This document shows positions 62,494 to 64,000 of a stretch of 64,000 nucleotides of DNA, one piece after another; the first letter of the stretch is position 1; the number at the start of each line of letters is the position of its first letter. Location of the stretch: contig NYSL01000018.1 in NCBI GenBank assembly GCA_002682945.1, positions 1,570 through 65,569 of the forward strand, given 5' to 3'. The position numbers and the translations under genes were made by a program. Below the pieces are notes generated by a model that saw only the letters and a list, made by a program, of their open reading frames with translations, was not told where the DNA came from and made no database searches. This stretch comes from Cryomorphaceae bacterium. Its GTDB lineage: Bacteria; Bacteroidota; Bacteroidia; Flavobacteriales; Schleiferiaceae.

Positions 62494-63879
62494 ATGAAAA
62501 CTCGCACAGAAAAAGACACTATGGGCGAAGTAAAAGTTCCGCTAGCCTCATACTGGGGAGCCCAAACTGAAAGATCTCGAAATAACTTCAAAATTGGCGT
62601 CGAAGGTAGTATGCCTATTGAAATCATTCACGCTTTCGCCTATTTGAAAAAAGCAGCTGCATCAACAAATTATGAATTGGGAATTCTAGATGAAAAAAAA
62701 TCTATCTTGATATCAAAGGTATGCGATGAAATCATTCAAGGAAAATTAGATGATCAATTTCCATTGGTAATATGGCAAACAGGATCAGGAACTCAAACAA
62801 ATATGAATTGTAATGAGGTAATTGCTAATCGCGGCCATGAAATAAATGGAGGAAAGCTCTCAGATGATAAAAAAATTTTACACCCTAATGATGATGTAAA
62901 TAAATCTCAATCTTCCAACGATACGTTTCCAACTGCTATGCACATAGCAACTTATACGCAAATCACCAAAATAACAAGACCAGGATTAATTTTTTTAAGA
63001 GACGTAATCAAAGAAAAAAGTAAAAAATTTGAAAATGTAGTTAAAACAGGAAGAACACATTTCATGGATGCGACACCGTTGACTCTAGGACAAGAATTTG
63101 GAAGTTTTGTGCAGCAACTTGATAACGGGATTCGAGCATTAGATAATGCAACTGAAATGCTTCAAGAATTAGCTTTAGGAGGTACTGCAGTTGGAACAGG
63201 GTTAAATTCACCAGAAGGATACTCTGAAAAAGTTGCAAATAAAATTGCAAAAATGACAAACATGCCTTTCAAGACGGCACCGAATAAGTTTGAAGCATTA
63301 TCATCTCATGATGCAATGGTAGAATTATCTGGGGCATTAAAACGAATTGCTGTTTCTCTATTCAAGATTGGTAATGATATCCGAATGCTTTGCTCAGGAC
63401 CAAGATCTGGGATTGGAGAGATAACTATTCCCAATAATGAACCTGGATCATCAATAATGCCGGGAAAAGTTAACCCTACCCAGCCAGAGGCTCTAACTAT
63501 GATTGCAGCCCAAGTTATGGGTAATGATGTTGCGGTAAATCTTGGAGGAGCGTCAGGTCATTTTCAGTTAAATGTTTTTAAACCAATGATTGTTTCAAAT
63601 GTTTTGGAAAGTGGGAGATTAATTGGTGATGCTTGTAAAAGTTTTGCAGAAAATTGCTTTCAAGGAATTGAACCCAATTTTTCAAACATAAAAAATAACC
63701 TAGAGAATTCATTAATGCTTGTGACCGCCCTAAATAACCATATTGGTTACGATAAATCTGCGGAAATTGCAAAAAAAGCATTTGCTGAAAATATCACATT
63801 AAAAAGTTCAGCTTTGAAATTAGGATATGTTTCTGAAAAAGATTTTGAATCATGGGTTAAACCCGATGAAATGTGTTAA
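62494..63879 (+). CDS. fumC: Class II fumarate hydratase
   Basis: 461 aa with the [13 protein letters not shown] signature. Confidence 0.97.
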   Translation: MKTRTEKDTMGEVKVPLASYWGAQTERSRNNFKIGVEGSMPIEIIHAFAYLKKAAASTNYELGILDEKKSILISKVCDEIIQGKLDDQFPLVIWQTGSGTQTNMNCNEVIANRGHEINGGKLSDDKKILHPNDDVNKSQSSNDTFPTAMHIATYTQITKITRPGLIFLRDVIKEKSKKFENVVKTGRTHFMDATPLTLGQEFGSFVQQLDNGIRALDNATEMLQELALGGTAVGTGLNSPEGYSEKVANKIAKMTNMPFKTAPNKFEALSSHDAMVELSGALKRIAVSLFKIGNDIRMLCSGPRSGIGEITIPNNEPGSSIMPGKVNPTQPEALTMIAAQVMGNDVAVNLGGASGHFQLNVFKPMIVSNVLESGRLIGDACKSFAENCFQGIEPNFSNIKNNLENSLMLVTALNNHIGYDKSAEIAKKAFAENITLKSSALKLGYVSEKDFESWVKPDEMC

Positions 63880-63893
63880 GTATTGGGAAGCCC

Positions 63894-64000
63894 CTATTTG
63901 AGCAGATTATCAATTAAATTTGCAGGCCTTGCGATTACTCCACTATCTCCGATAATTACAATTGGTCTTTGAAGGAGTTTTGGGAATTCAAGTATCGAAT
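63894..64000 (-). CDS. ArsC/Spx-family protein, C-terminal 34 codons only (gene runs off the window end)
   Basis: My own translation gives ...SILEFPKLLQRPIVIIGDSGVIARPANLIDNLLK*. The LL.RPI...G....GRP pattern resembles the C-terminus of ArsC-family proteins. The fragment is very short. Confidence 0.35.
   Translation of the reverse strand, partial: SILEFPKLLQRPIVIIGDSGVIARPANLIDNLLK

Overview
AT-rich window from a Bacteroidota genome. It is probably Flavobacteriia-like, judging from T9SS type-B cargo genes, a PorP/SprF gene, DUF4290-murA synteny, TAnnTTTG promoter boxes and a near absence of Shine-Dalgarno sequences. Most of it is conserved core genome. Positions 1-19643 (minus strand) hold gltA', eno and carA, then the complete str/S10/spc/alpha ribosomal-protein supercluster from rpsL to rplQ, including fusA, secY, infA, rpmJ and rpoA. 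The rest includes uvrD-DUF4290-murA, dnaJ-grpE, dgkA, a GAF protein, an FtsX-type permease, and purH-mreBCD-mrdA-rodA. A seven-gene minus-strand envelope cluster follows (coaX, beta-barrel protein, TPR protein, lptC, 78-aa protein, CNNM/GldE-like protein, ppiD-like PPIase). After it come tRNA-Phe, a trehalase / Nudix-type regulator / Na+:solute symporter locus, HMG-CoA reductase with a GYDIA-type GHMP kinase, crcB, a PAP2 phosphatase, obg, adk, manC and fumC. I found no CRISPR array, transposase, integrase or recognisable defence system. The least ordinary content is T9SS-related. A tight operon at 25862-31994 encodes two type-B-CTD surface proteins flanking a PorP/SprF barrel that carries a C-terminal coiled-coil and SPOR-like domain, followed by a periplasmic TlpA-like thioredoxin. 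A third cargo gene at 56377-58578 is a paralogue and overlaps the mevalonate-pathway genes upstream of it. Smaller oddities: a tandem-repeat KE-rich tail on L15, MurA with Asp at the fosfomycin-target Cys position, DnaJ with only two CxxCxGxG motifs, and GWE in place of GWD in the trehalase. All calls rest on reading the ORF translations and the sequence; no database search or HMM was run.
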